This document shows positions 27,482 through 36,851 of a DNA stretch of 64,000 nt, one piece after another. The position numbers and the translations under genes are program-made. Numbering within the stretch: position 1 is the stretch's first letter; each line of letters opens with the position of its first letter. Location: the NCBI GenBank assembly GCA_031362565.1, contig JANLSU010000081.1, positions 32,001 through 96,000 on the forward strand, given 5' to 3'. Source of the stretch: a bacterium (GTDB lineage: Bacteria > Krumholzibacteriota > Krumholzibacteriia > G020349025). The notes under the pieces were generated by a model. It had not been told where the DNA came from. It searched no databases and saw nothing but the letters and a program-made list of their open reading frames with translations.

Positions 27482-28888
27482 ATGTCGGGCGAGATCCTGA
27501 TCATCGACGACGAGGCGAGCTTGCTGCGGTCGCTGCGCAGCATGCTCGAGATGGAAGGCTATGGAGTGCTCACGGCCTCGACCGCGGCCGAAGGCTTGGC
27601 GCAACTCGGCGAGTGCGATCTCGTGCTCTTGGATGTTCGGTTGCCGGACCGCAACGGTGTCGATGTGCTGGCGGAGATCCGCCGCAAGTGGGATGTACCG
27701 GTGCTCATGATGTCGGCGCACGCGACGATTGCCGATGCGGTCAAGGCCACCCAACTGGGCGCCCACGATTTCCTCGAGAAGCCGTTCACGACCGAACGCG
27801 TTCTGCTCGTGGTGCGCAATGCGTTGCATGTGCGCCGCCTGGAGACCGATCGCGCCGAACTCGAAGCCCGCGCCGGTGTCGCGTCGTTGCTGTTGGGTGA
27901 GAGTGTCATCATGCGGCGCGTGCGCGAACAGATCCGGTTGTGTGCGTCGACGAACGGCCGCGTCTTGGTGACCGGTGAGACCGGTACCGGCAAGGAAGTC
28001 GTGGCGCGCGCCATTCACGCCCAGAGTGAGCGCCGCAACGGTTCGTGGGTGGCGGTCAACTGCGCCGCGGTGCCGGGTGAGCTGATCGAAAGCGAGCTCT
28101 TTGGGCATGAAAAAGGCGCCTTTACGGGCGCCTTGCGGACGCGGCGTGGCAAGTTCGAACAGGCCGACGGCGGTACGCTGTTTCTGGATGAAATCGGTGA
28201 CATGCCGGCGCACATGCAGGCCAAGTTGTTGCGAGTGCTCGAAGAAGGCGAGATCGAGCGGGTCGGCGGCGACAAGCGGTTGCGCGTCGATGTGCGGGTG
28301 CTCTCGGCCACCAATCGGGATCTCAAAGCCGACATTGCGGCGGGCCGCTTTCGCGACGACCTGTTCCACCGGTTGAACGTCGTGCAGATCCACATTCCAC
28401 CGCTGCGGGACCGGCGCGAGGACGTGCCGCTTCTGGTGCGGCACTTCGTCGATACGTTGAGCAAGCTCGCGGGCCTGCGTGCCGTCGAACTGGATGCGGC
28501 GCTGTTGGCGCGCCTGCAACAACACGACTGGCCGGGAAACGTGCGCGAGGTGCGCAATACCGTCGAACGGCTGCTGATCTTCAGCCAAGGCCGGCCGCCC
28601 GGAATGGCGTTGCTCGAGGAATTGTTGGGCGGCGAACCGGTCGGGTTTCCGCATCTCTTGACGCCGGAAGATGCCGGCGAGGTGGGCGAAGCGGCGGCCA
28701 CCGACAGCGGATCCGATTCCCCCAACTTGCGGCAGGCGGTCGAGGGCTTCGAGCGCCAACACATCATGGCGCGGTTGCGCGCCCACGGCGGCCAAGTGGC
28801 GGCGACCGCCCGCGAACTGGGGCTCGAGCGCAGCCATCTGTACAAGAAGATGCGGGCGCTCGGCGTCGATCCGGATGCGGCGCGCTGA
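27482..28888 (+). CDS. sigma54-dependent response regulator (NtrX/NtrC-like)
   Basis: REC (IIDD, LLD, KP), GETGTGKE, GAFTGA, FLDEIG, WPGNVRE, C-terminal Fis HTH. Confidence 0.94.
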   Translation: MSGEILIIDDEASLLRSLRSMLEMEGYGVLTASTAAEGLAQLGECDLVLLDVRLPDRNGVDVLAEIRRKWDVPVLMMSAHATIADAVKATQLGAHDFLEKPFTTERVLLVVRNALHVRRLETDRAELEARAGVASLLLGESVIMRRVREQIRLCASTNGRVLVTGETGTGKEVVARAIHAQSERRNGSWVAVNCAAVPGELIESELFGHEKGAFTGALRTRRGKFEQADGGTLFLDEIGDMPAHMQAKLLRVLEEGEIERVGGDKRLRVDVRVLSATNRDLKADIAAGRFRDDLFHRLNVVQIHIPPLRDRREDVPLLVRHFVDTLSKLAGLRAVELDAALLARLQQHDWPGNVREVRNTVERLLIFSQGRPPGMALLEELLGGEPVGFPHLLTPEDAGEVGEAAATDSGSDSPNLRQAVEGFERQHIMARLRAHGGQVAATARELGLERSHLYKKMRALGVDPDAAR

Positions 28889-29055
28889 GCGCGGCTGCGT
28901 GTCCGGCGATCCACGCCGGAGCGGCCACGTGTCCGGAAAGCCGCACCGCAGCGGTGCACGCGGTGCGGCATCCCGGCCCCGCCCTTGCCCGGGCTTCGAA
29001 AGTCAAATTCCCCATCGTCAATGACTTCACCCCCGCAGTACGCCGTTGCGTGGAA

Positions 29056-29072
29056 TCGGCACACGACGTGCG
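29056..29072 (+). promoter_or_regulatory. putative sigma54 -24/-12 promoter
   Basis: tcGGCACacgacGTGCg with exact GG-N10-GC spacing; immediately downstream of a sigma54 activator gene. Confidence 0.55.
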
Positions 29073-29082
29073 GAAGGCCGTG

Positions 29083-29486
29083 GGCATGCGGCCGGGGCCG
29101 CAGTGTTCCGAGGGTGGCTGGCAACACGGGGTTCGGATGGGAGTCGGAACATGAGGTGGTTCTGTCGCGCGCATGCGGCCGTCCGGCGGATGCTTCGCGG
29201 CGTCCCCGGCCGGGCGCTGCTGCGGCGCGCGCGCTCTTGGTGCGGCCAAGGTCCGATTGGCTGGTAGCGCGGGAATCGTTACTGGCAGTTCGCGCTCTTG
29301 TGACACCCGGCGTTCTGCCCTTGGTGCCACTTCGGATTGACGCCGCGCCTTCTGGCGTTCCCGGCTCACACAGCGATCGCGGCCAAGCCCGTGTGAGCTG
29401 GGAACGCACCTGTTCGGGCGCCCGACCGGGCCGTCGGCCGCCCCCAAGGGGCTCCGGAATCCTCCGATCCGGGGCCCTTTGCTTTT
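29083..29486 (+). ncRNA. candidate structured small RNA (may encode a 38-aa peptide at 29151-29267)
   Basis: Bounded by the sigma54 motif and an intrinsic terminator; contains a 17-bp stem (29355-29371/29391-29407) and other hairpins; matches no RNA family I recognise. Confidence 0.4.
29446..29486 (+). terminator. rho-independent terminator
   Basis: AAGGGGCTCCGGA-N9-TCCGGGGCCCTTT stem (two G-U pairs on +) followed by GCTTTT. Confidence 0.7.
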
Positions 29487-29493
29487 GCCCCCG

Positions 29494-30549
29494 TTAGAGG
29501 CTCGCGTGACGGCGTGGCGCCGCCGCGCGCCGGGTCTCGATGGCCTCGACCACTGACTCGACGGAGATCTCTTCGAACCGGCACTGCTTGGGATCGCGTG
29601 GGCAGCGGCCGGGACAAGCTCCGGCCGCGGGCAGGACGATGCGGGCCTCGTTGCCTTGCGGGCCCCACAGCAGGGGCGAGCACGCTCCCGAAGGACAGAA
29701 AAGACTGATGGTGGGGACGCGCAGGGCGGCGGCGGCATGCATGGGACCGGTGGATGCCGAGACGAGTGCGCCGAGCTGCGACAAATCGGCCAACAGTGCA
29801 CGCAGCGGACGGCGGCCGCGCCGGTCGATGAGGTGCGCCGAGGCGGGATAGGCGGGGGTCGTTTCTTCACCGGTCAGCACGATGCGCAGGCCGGCCGGTT
29901 GTTGTTCGAGGACGTGAGTCGCGAGTTCGACGTAACGCTCCGGCTGCCAGTTGGGTGACGAACCGCCGGACGTCGAATGTAGGCCGAGCAGAAAATCCCC
30001 TGGCGCGGCGCCGGCGGATTGCAGTTCGGCCTGGGCGGTTGCACGCTCGGCGCTGGTCACGAAGAGTTCCGTTGCCAGAGTTTCGGGCGTTGCGTCGGCC
30101 TGCACGCCGATCTTGCGGCCGAGGTCGAGGCAGTAGTCCGCTTCGTGGCGCATCGGAATGTACTTGTGGCGGCTGACGCTCTGCATACCCGTCATGACTT
30201 CATAAATCTTGTGGCCGACACCGATGCGGCGCGGGATCCCGGCCCAAAACAACGCCCAGGCGGCGCGCTTCGTCGGCAAGAGCAAGAGCGCGGTGTCGAA
30301 ACGCTGGCGCTGCAGCTCCCAGACCAAGCGCATGAAACCCCGGCGGCCGGCGTGCGCACCTTGCGTGTCGTCGACGAGCACGGTGTCGAGATGCGGGTTG
30401 TGCAGCCAGAGATCGCGCCCATACGGACGCACGAGTGCCGCCAAGTGAGCGTTGGGAAACGTGCGGCGCAACGCCCGCACCAGGGGGGTCGCCAGAACGA
30501 CGTCACCCATGCGGTCGGTGCGAACGACGAGAATGCGGCGCTGGCGCAT
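29494..30549 (-). CDS. glycosyltransferase family 9 (heptosyltransferase-like)
   Basis: RILVVRTDRMGDVVL, NPH.D, STGPMH.AAAL..P. Confidence 0.9.
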   Translation of the reverse strand: MRQRRILVVRTDRMGDVVLATPLVRALRRTFPNAHLAALVRPYGRDLWLHNPHLDTVLVDDTQGAHAGRRGFMRLVWELQRQRFDTALLLLPTKRAAWALFWAGIPRRIGVGHKIYEVMTGMQSVSRHKYIPMRHEADYCLDLGRKIGVQADATPETLATELFVTSAERATAQAELQSAGAAPGDFLLGLHSTSGGSSPNWQPERYVELATHVLEQQPAGLRIVLTGEETTPAYPASAHLIDRRGRRPLRALLADLSQLGALVSASTGPMHAAAALRVPTISLFCPSGACSPLLWGPQGNEARIVLPAAGACPGRCPRDPKQCRFEEISVESVVEAIETRRAAAPRRHASL

Positions 30550-30600
30550 GCGACGAGCCTCCCGCCGCGCTCGACGGGCGCGGCGGCCGGCAGCATAGCA

Positions 30601-31977
30601 TCACGAATGGGGGGCGACTTCGATGGCCGGCAGGGCGGCGTGATCGCGCCCGGCGAGGACAGGTGCAGATGCGGGTGCGCCGGTTGTGGGAAGCACGGGC
30701 GGCACGGCGTGCGCCTCTTGAGCGTGCAAACGCTGGTCATAGCGGCGTACGAACGGCGCATACAGGAGGTAGGCAATCGAGAAGTTGAGCGCCACCAGAA
30801 CGAGGGCCTTCGGATCACCGGTCGTGCCGAACGCCCCCAACGGCGTCGGCAGCGTCCACAGGATGTCGAGATGCGGCCGCGCCACGAGTTGAAAGTGGAA
30901 GGCCGCCCACGCGGTCACCGCGCAGAGCAAGGGCGCGATCACGAACGGCACCGCCAGGGTCGCATTCATGACCACCGGCACGCCGAACATGATCGGATCG
31001 TTGATATTGAAGAGTGCCGGCACGAGTCCCACCTTGGCAACGCCGCGCAACTGCGCCGAGCGGGCTCGCACCATGTGTGCCACCAAGGCGAGTGACGTGC
31101 CCGAGCCGCCCATCCACACGAACCAGATGTAGAACTCCCGCGGCGCGATGTTGGGAATGGCCTGGCCGGCAAGGGCTGCATCCATGTTCTGCGTCAGCAT
31201 CGCCAGCCACAGCGGCTTCATCACCGCCAGAATCGTGATGGCGTGGATGCCGAAGAGCCAAATGGTCGAATCGATGAGCACGACGAGCAGGATGCCGGGC
31301 AAGCTGTTGCCGACCGCCTGCAACGGCCGCGACAAGGTTGTGATCAGGGTGAAGATATCAAAGCCGAGTCCGTGCACCACGAACCACAGGCTCGCAATGC
31401 TGACGAAGGCCGGCACCAACGAGATGAAACTGCGCGACACGGAATCCGGCACCGTATCGGGCAGGCGCACCACCATGTTGCGCCGCACCACGAAGCCCTG
31501 TACGGCGACAACATAGAGCGCAATCAAGATACCGACGAAGAGCCCCGCCGGCCCGACGTTCTCGAGCGGCAAGGTCCACGCCGGAGCGCCGTCCGGTTTG
31601 AGAACGGCTTTGATTGGACCCACGACCGCCAGATGCGCCGTGACCGCGATGAGGCCAGCGGCCAGCGGATCGAGTTCGCGCCGTTTCGCCAGGTGGTACG
31701 CAATGGCAAAGGCCGCGTACACCGAGATCATGCCGGTGGTTGCCTTGAACACCAATACGAAGCGCGGGATCCAACCGGCCATCGCCACGGCGTAGGCCTT
31801 CTGCCACTCGACGCGGACGAGCGGTGGCTCGACCAGGAGATAGAAGAAGCTGCCGATGAGCACGAGCGGCAACACGGCGACGATGCCGTCGCGCATCGAC
31901 AAGAGCACGACGGATTGCCCGGTACGCTCACCGGCCTTGGTGAGAGCGTTGCGCAGAGTTCGAAGAATGCGCTGCAT
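30601..31977 (-). CDS. PTS sugar transporter subunit IIC (cellobiose/chitobiose Lac family)
   Basis: MRDG....P...GS, G..GLF..I, LPD.VP..V..SF..L.P, W.FGIH, MGGSG.S, P.LFNIN.P..FG.P.V.N, WT.P. Confidence 0.88.
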   Translation of the reverse strand: MQRILRTLRNALTKAGERTGQSVVLLSMRDGIVAVLPLVLIGSFFYLLVEPPLVRVEWQKAYAVAMAGWIPRFVLVFKATTGMISVYAAFAIAYHLAKRRELDPLAAGLIAVTAHLAVVGPIKAVLKPDGAPAWTLPLENVGPAGLFVGILIALYVVAVQGFVVRRNMVVRLPDTVPDSVSRSFISLVPAFVSIASLWFVVHGLGFDIFTLITTLSRPLQAVGNSLPGILLVVLIDSTIWLFGIHAITILAVMKPLWLAMLTQNMDAALAGQAIPNIAPREFYIWFVWMGGSGTSLALVAHMVRARSAQLRGVAKVGLVPALFNINDPIMFGVPVVMNATLAVPFVIAPLLCAVTAWAAFHFQLVARPHLDILWTLPTPLGAFGTTGDPKALVLVALNFSIAYLLYAPFVRRYDQRLHAQEAHAVPPVLPTTGAPASAPVLAGRDHAALPAIEVAPHS

Positions 31978-32059
31978 GACTCCACCCTAGGACGTGCGCG
32001 GCGACATCGCAACGCCGGATGCCGGGGCGTCGTGGTCTGGACGCCGCTGCACCCTGGCC

Positions 32060-32077
32060 GTGCAAGATCGAAGCCGT
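32060..32077 (-). promoter_or_regulatory. possible sigma54 -24/-12 promoter upstream of PTS IIC
   Basis: Minus strand acGGCttcgatcTTGCac, GG-N10-GC. Confidence 0.4.
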
Positions 32078-32215
32078 GGTGGGATTCAGGAACGCGAGCT
32101 GCGGCTGTCGCGGGTGCGCCAGCGCGACAGTGCGCCACGATCGAGGCAACGGAGTCCGACCAGGAGGACGACGAACGCGCCCGCAAGTTGAATAGGATCC
32201 AGCATAAAAATGCGG

Positions 32216-32614
32216 TTAGCGCCGCGGGTTTTTCACATCGATTCCGAGGGCGTCGTAGGTGGCTTTGTCCAGGTTTCCGGTGGGCTTCCGGCCGATGGAC
32301 GCCTGGAAGAGCTTGAGAGCTTCTTGGGTCTCGATGTCGAAGTTGCCGTTCAGGCGGCCGTGATAGAAGCCCTTGGCGGTCAGAACGATCTTGGCGCGCT
32401 CGATCGTCGATTTGACTCGCTCGCCGCGCGCCGCGAAATGCACCGAGTCGCGGGGGCTCGAGCGGGGTGACGAGGCATCCGCCGCGGTTCCGCCCTGGCT
32501 GGCCGCGGGCCGGGCGCCGATCGACTCGTCGTGGCGCAACGTCCGAACCACGAGTCCACCCACGATCAGCACCACGACTACGACCCCAATCCACGACAGA
32601 CGATTCGTCGACAT
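32216..32614 (-). CDS. membrane-anchored peptidoglycan-binding domain protein
   Basis: N-terminal TM; PG_binding_1-like L..KGFY.G..NG.F...T.EAL..FQ...G...TG.LD..T..ALG. Confidence 0.8.
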   Translation of the reverse strand: MSTNRLSWIGVVVVVLIVGGLVVRTLRHDESIGARPAASQGGTAADASSPRSSPRDSVHFAARGERVKSTIERAKIVLTAKGFYHGRLNGNFDIETQEALKLFQASIGRKPTGNLDKATYDALGIDVKNPRR

Positions 32615-32744
32615 CGGCAAGCTTTTCCTCCGCGCCAAAATTCGACCGAGCAGCCCGCGTCCCCGCACTCCGGGCGGGCGCCAGCCGGTGATGATACTCG
32701 GTCGCTCGGAGGCCCGAAACCCCCTCCCAACCCCGAGTCTGGAG

Positions 32745-32774
32745 TTGCCGCGGGGGGTCCAGACGGGGTACAAT
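32745..32774 (+). promoter_or_regulatory. sigma70-type promoter
   Basis: TTGCCG-18 bp-TACAAT upstream of 32874. Confidence 0.4.
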
Positions 32775-32873
32775 AAGGGTTGGTAGCCCGCCAGGGCTTG
32801 CCGCGCCCCCCAGGAGTGGTTTCTCGAGAATCCGTCAACGGGCCCGTGCTGACGGACTGCAAGGAAGCATACC

Positions 32874-35800
32874 GTGCTGGTACAGCGCTCTCGCGCGTGG
32901 GGTCCGGCTATCTGTTGCGGCGTCCTCGGCCTTTTGGGGGCTGCCGGCGGGGCGGCGGCGGCGCCGACGTTGACCCGTGGTCCCTTCCTGCAGCAAGTCA
33001 CGTCGCAAACGGCCCAGGTGGTCTGGCGGACGAGCACCGCGGCGGCCTGTACCTTGACCGCCACTGGACCGGCGGGGCCGAGCCTTGCCGTCGCGACACC
33101 GTCCGGCACCGAACATGTGGCGGTGCTGGCGGGGCTCCTGCCGGCGACGCGCTACGACTACAGCGTGCGCTCGAATGGCCTGGTGGCCGGCGGCACCAAC
33201 TATTTCGTGCAGACGGCGCCGAATCCCGGCACGGGTGCCACGACGCGCTTCCTCATCTTCGGGGATTCGGGGACCGGCAGCGCGACGCAAACCGCGGTCG
33301 CGGCCACGCTCGTCACTCAGACCGCCGATTTCGGCATTCATGTCGGCGACATCATCTATCCGTCGGGGGAAACGCAGTACTACGACCCGCGTTACTTCCA
33401 GCCCTACGCCGCGATGATCCGCCACCTGCCCATCTTCGCCATTCTCGGCAATCATGACGCCGGCAACTCCACGTCGTTCTTCGACGCGTGGCATTTGCCG
33501 ACCAACTCGCTCGACGGCACCGAGCGCTACTACTCGTTCGACTTCGGCGACATCCACTTTGTCGGATTGGATACGACGAAGCCGCTCACGTCCGCCATCT
33601 TGGCTTGGCTCGCGGCCGACCTCGACGCGTCACCCCGGCGTTGGAAGATGGTGTTCTTCCATCACACGATGTACAGCTGTGGTTTGTACCATGGTACGTC
33701 GACGTCGTTGGTGAATGCCCTGGCGCCGGTGTTCGAAGCGCACGGCGTCGATGTCGTGTTCTACGGGCACGACCACCACTACGAGCGCAGCTTCCCGATC
33801 CGCGCTGGGGCGGCGCTGCAAACCGCTCTCAACCCGAATTTCGTCAGCCCCGGGGCGCCGATGTATGTGGTCAGTGGCGCGGCCGGCGCGTCGCGCGATG
33901 CAGCCTCCAACTGCTTTTTTACCGCGCGCGCCATCGCGACCCCGTCGTTCGCGCGGGCGAGCGTCACGGCCGACCTGTTCACCCTCGAGGCCATCAGCGC
34001 CGACGGTACCGTCCTCGATCAGATGACGCTCTCCAAGTCGGGCACGCCGCCGCCGCCACCGCCGGCCGAAACCGCCAAGGTCTTGTCGCCGAATGGCAGT
34101 GAGGTGTGGCTCGCGGGCCAAGCCGCCATGCTGCAGTGGTCGGCGAGCCAGGGCATCGCTGCGGTGCGGATCGAGTTGTCACGCGCCGGGGCGCAGGGCC
34201 CTTGGGAAACGCTGTTTGCATCGACTCCGAATGATGGCGCCGAACCGTGGACGCCGACGGGGCCGGCGGCGAGCCAATGCTTGCTGCGTGTCGCCGATGC
34301 GAGCGACGGATCACCAAGCGACCTCTCGGACGCGGCGTTCCAAATCACCGTGGCGCCGCCGCCGCCACCACCACCGCCGTCGGGCATTGTCGCACTCATC
34401 AACTTCCAGCCCGATGGCGTGCCCGTGCCGACTGGCTACCAGGTGGATACGGGTGCCATTTTCGACACGGTGCGCGGCTATGGGTGGAACACGGCCCAAA
34501 CGACGCGCGCGCGGGCGCTGCTTCCCGCCGACCCGCGCGACACCTTCGTGGACGTTACCAATACGTCGACGGCAACGTGGGAAATGGCGCTCGCCAACGG
34601 GACGTACTATGTGACGCTCTTGTGCGGCGACGCGCAAACGACGGCGTCGCACCGCGTCGCTCTCGAGGGCACGACGGTGCTCTTGGATACGAATACGGGC
34701 GCCAGTGAATTCTTGCAGCCGTTCGATATTCCCGTAACGGTGCAGGATGGCCGGCTCACCATGACGGTCGGGGGAAGCGGCGCCTTTTCGCACACGAAGG
34801 TCGACGCCATCGTCATTGCCAACGGTGCGGTCGTTTCACTGCCGTATACGCTTTCGACACCGGCACCGGCGGACGTGCGTTGCATCGGCAGCAGCGCGCC
34901 GATTCGCTGGTCTGGCACCGGCGGCACATTGCCGATGCGCGTCGAGCTGTCGCGCGCCGGCCTGGCCGGCCCGTGGGAACCGGCGGTGATCGTCACGGCC
35001 GACGACGGCGAGGAGCTCTGGACGCCGGTGGGGTCACCATCCCCTTGTGGCGCGATGCGCGTGCTCGACAGCACGGGACATCTGCTGGCCGCGACCCCCA
35101 AACCTTTCGCACTTGGTGCGCCATCATTGCAGCTCCTCGCCCCCAACGGCGGGGAAACGTGGACGGTGGGGACGGCGCAGTCGTTCGGATGGACGAGCAG
35201 TTGCTACGCGGGCAACGTGCGGATCGACGTGTCGATGACGGGCCCGGCCGGTCCGTGGACCACGTTGATCGCAACGACCCCCAACGACGGCACCGAGGCC
35301 TGGACGGTGCGGCCGGAAGACGCCGGTTCGATCTACGCGCGCATTATCGCTTTGCCCTTCGGCACGCCCAGCGACGCGAGCGACGCGGCTTTTAGCGTCA
35401 TCACTCCACAGCCGGCCCCGTCGCAGACCTGGAAGTTCGACTTCACGGTGAACGGCGCGGCACCCGCCGCCGGCTCCACCGCCGAGACCGGGACGCCCTA
35501 CAGCGCCGCCCTGGGCTACGGTTGGTTGCAAGCAGTGAGCATGAAGCAACGCAACCTCCTCCCGGGCGACTGCCGCGACACGTTCGTGCAGGTGACCAAC
35601 AACACGACGGCCACTTGGGAGTTCGGGTTGCCGAATGGCACCTATAAGGTGTCCCTCACCTGCGGCGATCCGCTGACCTCGGGCACCCACCGAGTGGCGC
35701 TCGAAGGGCAAGTCGTCGTCGCCGACGTGTTTGCGTCGGGGGGCGAGTATGTGACCCGGACCGATCTCCCCGTCGTCGTCGCCGATGGGCGCCTCAGCAT

Positions 35801-36209
35801 GAAGCTGGGCGGCAGCGGCCAAATCACCAGCACCAAGGTCGGCTGCATCGAAATTCACTCCGCGGGCACCCCACCTCGCACGGTCCGGCATGGGCCACGT
35901 GGCGATCAAGTGCCGGTCATCAGCAGCAGCATCACGCGTACACGGCTCGTGGCGCCCGCGGGGCCGGTCCACAACGCAGCGCGTTTTGGAATCGAACTCG
36001 TGCGCGAAGCCCCGGTGCGGCTTGCCCTCTATGACGTGCGTGGACGCCGGGTCATGACCCTTTTCGAGGGGCTCTTGCCGGCGGGACGCAGCGACATCAC
36101 ATGGGACACCCTGGACGCGCGGGGACAGCGGCTCGGTTCCGGTGTGTACTTCGCACGGTTCGAGACCGACGGCGCCAAGGACGCGCAACGCGTCGTCCTC
36201 GTTCGCTGA
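32874..36209 (+). CDS. large secreted modular metallophosphoesterase (purple acid phosphatase-like) with Ig-like/carbohydrate-binding repeats and FlgD-Ig-like C-terminal domain
   Basis: Signal peptide; RGPFLQ, GDSG, GDIIY, GNHD, GHDH.YER; duplicated PNGGE.W plus beta-sandwich modules; C-terminal YDVRGR.V..L...WD.LD..G..L.SGVYF. Confidence 0.85.
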   Translation: MLVQRSRAWGPAICCGVLGLLGAAGGAAAAPTLTRGPFLQQVTSQTAQVVWRTSTAAACTLTATGPAGPSLAVATPSGTEHVAVLAGLLPATRYDYSVRSNGLVAGGTNYFVQTAPNPGTGATTRFLIFGDSGTGSATQTAVAATLVTQTADFGIHVGDIIYPSGETQYYDPRYFQPYAAMIRHLPIFAILGNHDAGNSTSFFDAWHLPTNSLDGTERYYSFDFGDIHFVGLDTTKPLTSAILAWLAADLDASPRRWKMVFFHHTMYSCGLYHGTSTSLVNALAPVFEAHGVDVVFYGHDHHYERSFPIRAGAALQTALNPNFVSPGAPMYVVSGAAGASRDAASNCFFTARAIATPSFARASVTADLFTLEAISADGTVLDQMTLSKSGTPPPPPPAETAKVLSPNGSEVWLAGQAAMLQWSASQGIAAVRIELSRAGAQGPWETLFASTPNDGAEPWTPTGPAASQCLLRVADASDGSPSDLSDAAFQITVAPPPPPPPPSGIVALINFQPDGVPVPTGYQVDTGAIFDTVRGYGWNTAQTTRARALLPADPRDTFVDVTNTSTATWEMALANGTYYVTLLCGDAQTTASHRVALEGTTVLLDTNTGASEFLQPFDIPVTVQDGRLTMTVGGSGAFSHTKVDAIVIANGAVVSLPYTLSTPAPADVRCIGSSAPIRWSGTGGTLPMRVELSRAGLAGPWEPAVIVTADDGEELWTPVGSPSPCGAMRVLDSTGHLLAATPKPFALGAPSLQLLAPNGGETWTVGTAQSFGWTSSCYAGNVRIDVSMTGPAGPWTTLIATTPNDGTEAWTVRPEDAGSIYARIIALPFGTPSDASDAAFSVITPQPAPSQTWKFDFTVNGAAPAAGSTAETGTPYSAALGYGWLQAVSMKQRNLLPGDCRDTFVQVTNNTTATWEFGLPNGTYKVSLTCGDPLTSGTHRVALEGQVVVADVFASGGEYVTRTDLPVVVADGRLSMKLGGSGQITSTKVGCIEIHSAGTPPRTVRHGPRGDQVPVISSSITRTRLVAPAGPVHNAARFGIELVREAPVRLALYDVRGRRVMTLFEGLLPAGRSDITWDTLDARGQRLGSGVYFARFETDGAKDAQRVVLVR
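34077..35860 (+). repeat. intragenic domain duplication
   Basis: Module (S/A)PNG.E.W...GPW.TL...TPNDG.E.WT...SDAAF + YGW...RDTFV.VTN..TATWE..L.NGTY.V.L.CGD....HRVALEG occurs at about 34077-34820 and 35127-35860. Confidence 0.8.
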
Positions 36210-36289
36210 ACGAACCGGCGTTTGACGCGATTTCGAGGTTCGGGTATCGTGCGGCGGCGGCCTTCGGCCGCATGAGCAAAGGAGCCGCC

Positions 36290-36850
36290 GTGACCGCGAG
36301 CCGCCCGCGATTGCGTCTATTGCAAGCCACCGACTTCACGCCCGAGGGCACCGAAGAACTCTACCGCCTGTTCAACGATTCCATCCTCCAAGGTGGCACG
36401 ATAGGGTTCCTGCGACCGATGACCCGGCGTAAGGCGCAGGAATACTTCGAGTCGCTCCAGCGCGGGATCCACAAAGGCGAAACGATCGCGGTCGTGGCCG
36501 GCGCCAAGCCGTTCACCGGCTTCGGCCTGATTCGTCGCGATGACGGCGAGCTCTTCCGGCACTGCTGGGAATTGGGCCGCGTCATGGTGCGGCCGACGAT
36601 GCAGCGCCACGGCCTGGGCGCCGCCATCGTGCAACGCCTGGTCGCCGAGGCCAAGCGGCGCAAGATCGAAGTGTTGTGGCTCGACGTTCGCATCACCAAC
36701 GTCCCGGCCATCGAACTCTTCCAAAAAATCGGCTTCCGCACCTGGGGTATCTTCCCGAATCGCATCAAAGCGGGCCGGGAGTATACCGACGTCCTTTACA
36801 TGGCCTGCGATCTGCGCACAACCTACCATCCCCTACGCGACCTGCCGTAG
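36290..36850 (+). CDS. GNAT family N-acetyltransferase
   Basis: V.P..Q.HGLG, L.V...N.PA..LF.K.GF; GTG start after AAGGAG; TTGACG-17-TATCGT promoter at 36222-36250. Confidence 0.85.
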   Translation: MTASRPRLRLLQATDFTPEGTEELYRLFNDSILQGGTIGFLRPMTRRKAQEYFESLQRGIHKGETIAVVAGAKPFTGFGLIRRDDGELFRHCWELGRVMVRPTMQRHGLGAAIVQRLVAEAKRRKIEVLWLDVRITNVPAIELFQKIGFRTWGIFPNRIKAGREYTDVLYMACDLRTTYHPLRDLP

Positions 36851-36851
36851 A

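Noticed and set aside
28985..29497. 170-aa + strand ORF and overlapping minus-strand ORFs across the intergenic gap
   Set aside because: No RBS or motifs, and they run through the promoter elements and terminator.
32007..32025. Second sigma54-like motif GGCAT...TTGC upstream of PTS IIC
   Set aside because: Spacing is GG-N11-GC, and sigma54 requires N10.
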